From: the human T2T-CHM13v2.0 reference genome, Homo sapiens
Assembly (NCBI RefSeq): GCF_009914755.1
Contig: NC_060927.1
DNA length: 64,000 bases
Direction: 5' to 3' (one strand)
In this document: in pieces, positions 60,885 to 64,000 of the stretch
Layout of the letters: each line of letters starts with the position of its first letter
How positions within the stretch are numbered: position 1 is the stretch's first letter
Notes under the pieces: model-generated
Told to the model about the DNA's origin: nothing
Databases searched by the model: none
Seen by the model: the letters and a program-made list of their open reading frames with translations, nothing else
Made by a program: the position numbers and the translations under genes

Positions 60885-61771
60885 TCTCTACAAGGAACTC
60901 AAACAAATCAGCAAGAAAAAAACCCAAACAATCCCATCAAAAAGTGGACAAAGGACATGAATAGACAATTCTCAAAAGAAGATATACAAACACCCCAAAA
61001 ACATATAAAAATGTTTAACATCACTAATTATCAGAGAAATGCATATTAAAACCACGATGAGATACCACCTTACTCTTGCAAGAATGGCCATAATTAAAAA
61101 ATCAAAAAATAATATATGTTGGTATGGATGTGGTGAATAGGGAAATCTTTTACATGGCTGGTGGGAATGTAAACTAGTACAACCACTATGGAAACATTAT
61201 GGAGATTCCTTAAAGAACTAAAAGTAGAACTATGATTCCATCTAGTAATCCTACTACTGGGTATCTACCCAAAGGAAAAGAAATCATTATAAGAAAAAGA
61301 CACATGCATGTGCATGTTTATAGCAACACAATTCACAATTGCAAAAATGTGGAGCAAACCTAAATGCCCATCCACCAATGAGTGGATAAAGAAAATGTGG
61401 TGTATATATATATACATACCATGGGATCTACTCAGCCATAAAACAGAATGAAATAATGGCCTTTGCAGCAACTTGAATGGAGTTGGAGATCATTATTCTA
61501 AGCGAAGTAACTCAGGAATGGAAAACCAAATATTGTACATTCTCACTTATAAGTGGGAGCTAAGCTATGAGGATGCAAAGCCATAAGAATGATGTAATGG
61601 ACTTTGGGGATCAGGGAGAAGAATGGGAGGAGGGTGAGGAATAAAAGACTACATATTGGGTACAGTGTACACTGATCAAGTGACAGGTGCACCAAAAATC
61701 TTAGAAATCACTACTAAAAAACGTATCCATGTAACCAAAAACCACCTGTTCTCCAAAAACTATTGAAATAA
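60885..61771 (+). mobile_element. 5'-truncated L1PB-like element
   Basis: ORF2 end plus L1PB-type 3' UTR (ctacatattgggtacagtgtacactg). TSD aataaaagg at 60876-60884 and 61772-61780. Confidence 0.88.
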
Positions 61772-62149
61772 AATAAAAGGAAAGATTTTTAAAAGTTTAA
61801 GTAGGGTCGAGGAAAAGCAAGAGGGAATGCTCTAGTACCTGGAAACACCTGAGCTAGTTACACATTTCTATTGAGTTTGGGTCCAGTTGTTACAGCACTG
61901 AGCCCACTTTAATGTACAAGTGAGCTCTTTAAAAATTAGAATCTATTTAAATATATTTAGTAAATTTCTAACTTGATTTTTAAATAGGTAAATTTACATG
62001 GATCCAAAGGAATAAAGGATTTTCAGTGTTAGGTCTCTCTGCCCCTACTCACAACCACTCATTAGTTAATTGTAATCTAGAGATACATATAAGCAAACAT
62101 ATAAAAATTGTTATACCTTTTTCCATTTTTACAAAAATCTTGGCAATAT

Positions 62150-62385
62150 TGTGAGCATTTACTCTATACCAGTTTCTGTTCTAAGAATTTACATTTAACT
62201 CATTAACTATGAAACAACCCTATAAGATATATACTGTTATAATCTCTAGTTTACAAATGAGAAGGCTGAGAAACAGAAAACACAGATGTGCCCAAGAACA
62301 TACAGCTAATGAGTACTGGGGGTAAGATTTGAACCCAGGCTGCCTGATTCCAGTTCCTATCTTCTTAACCACTTTATTGTATGGC
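62150..62385 (-). mobile_element. MIR
   Basis: tttacaaatgagaaggctgag..gatttgaacccaggctgcctgattccag..tcttaaccact. Confidence 0.75.
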
Positions 62386-62499
62386 TTCAGAGATAACACT
62401 GTTAACATAATAAATGTATTTTATTCTATATATGTTATAAAACAGTATGTTACTGTTTCTATGATATAATAATGTATTTTTAAAAATTTCATTTATTCC

Positions 62500-64000
62500 C
62501 TCGAATTGGAAATTATGCACTCTATTTTTTCATTGTTATTCTTAAAAGTAGAATATGTATACTTAATGTAAAGTCTACAATTAATTATTTCTATTTTCTT
62601 CAGAAACAAAACATAACAGCCTAATCACATTCTCCCTGGTTTATATGCTATCATTTTCTATTATGTCCAATTTGGGATTCATCATACTATTTTTTAAATT
62701 CACAAGTTAAGACATTATTATTGCTGTATGCAGTCTATATTTGTTTAGATTTGCCTATGTATTTACCATTCTTTTTGCTGACCTTTCCACCCCAACTTCA
62801 AATCTCATGTGCACATAATTGGATAAATCATAATTTGGACTCATGATATGCTGTCATCATTAACCCACTATGATCTTCGTTTTAAAATTCTCTCTTTTGC
62901 TTAAGGAACAACTATGAATGTATTGCTGAACCCACAAACACTAACTATAATGTATCTATGTACTCTTTTTTCTTGCATCTCAAAACAATTTATCTTTTTT
63001 CCAAAGTACATTCTTCAGAGAAGTTCCTCTGGTCTGCTGGTGGTAAATGCTTTTAGTTTTTGTTAGACGATAAAAATCTTTACGTCACCCTTTGTCTTGA
63101 ATGACAATTTTGCTGGATAGAGAATCCTAGGTTCATAGTTTTCTCTCAGCATTTTGAAAATATTATTTCATTGTCTTTGGATTCCATTTTTTGGTTGATG
63201 AGAAAGCTGTTTTCACTCAAATTATTGTTCTGTTTAGTGGCTCTTTCTTTCTGACTGCCTTTAAGAGTTTCTTTGCCTTTGGTACCCTGCAGTTACATTA
63301 CAACATGACCAGGTGTGAATTTGTTTTCCTTTTTCCTGCTTGGTTTATGTTGTGATTCCTGTATCTATGGATGTATATCTCTCATTATTTCTGGAAAATT
63401 CTCAGCCATTATTTTTTCTTCTTCTACTTAATCCTTTGAAAATATATACTAGATGTTTTCCCATTTTATCCTCCATTTCTCTTAACATTTATATATATAT
63501 ATATATATTTCACCACTCCTTAGTTCTCTGCACTACATTCTGGGTAATTTCTTAATTTCTCTTTTCCAATTCACTGTTTGTTGTATTGTGTCCAAACTGC
63601 TTTTTAATTGCTCGATTGTGGTGATTATCATTTTTCTTCCCAGAAGTTCTATTTGGTTCTTTTTAAAATCTGCCTAATCAACTATAATTCCTTTAAATAT
63701 TTTATACAACTTATTTCATATTCTCTAACTGGTAGTCCTAATATCCGAAGTCTGGTTTTTTAAAAGAATTATTTATGCTGATCACTCCTCATGGCACCTT
63801 TTAACTCATTTATTTGGTATATTTTGTTCATTGATTCACATTTAAATGACTTGAGTCTGTGACTATTTGATGGTTCTGGACTGAGAATGTTTATCTCTAG
63901 AAAGAATTTGCATTTGCTTCTGCAGGGTATCCAATAGTACTATTAAATTGAAACCACTTTAATTTAACTTGTAGCTCTGGGGATTACCTAGGCAGAGGTA
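62500..64000 (-). mobile_element. Old L1M relic
   Basis: ttttgctggatagagaatcctaggtt..ctggaaaattctcagccatt typical of antisense ancient L1. Confidence 0.65.

Overview
Repeat-rich primate DNA, almost certainly human because it carries an L1HS-Ta element. Positions 1-27.8 kb hold the 3' end of a disabled collagen VI alpha-chain gene on the + strand. I read nine exons with intact AG/GT boundaries and matching phases: the last Gly-X-Y exon, a Cys-rich linker, a 12-nt microexon, VWA C1, a linker, VWA C2, two unique-region exons and a terminal Kunitz exon followed by polyA signals. This layout fits COL6A4P2, the 3' half of the inversion-split COL6A4. The only coding lesions I find are two frameshifts (5144 and a C9 run at 18129-18137), with no nonsense codon in the ancestral frame. 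The rest is intergenic: Alu, L1, L2, MIR, MaLR, MER4 and MER11 LTRs, an ERV1 gag relic and an ATP5MC2 processed pseudogene. The most notable structures are a short L1HS-Ta insertion with a 60-bp 3' transduction, an inverted L1 pair around it, a probable ~400-bp transduction on an older L1PA, and residual spliced ORFs ending in an endotrophin-like Kunitz domain. I see no evidence for a wholly new biological system. Repeat subfamily names are from recall, not from a database search.
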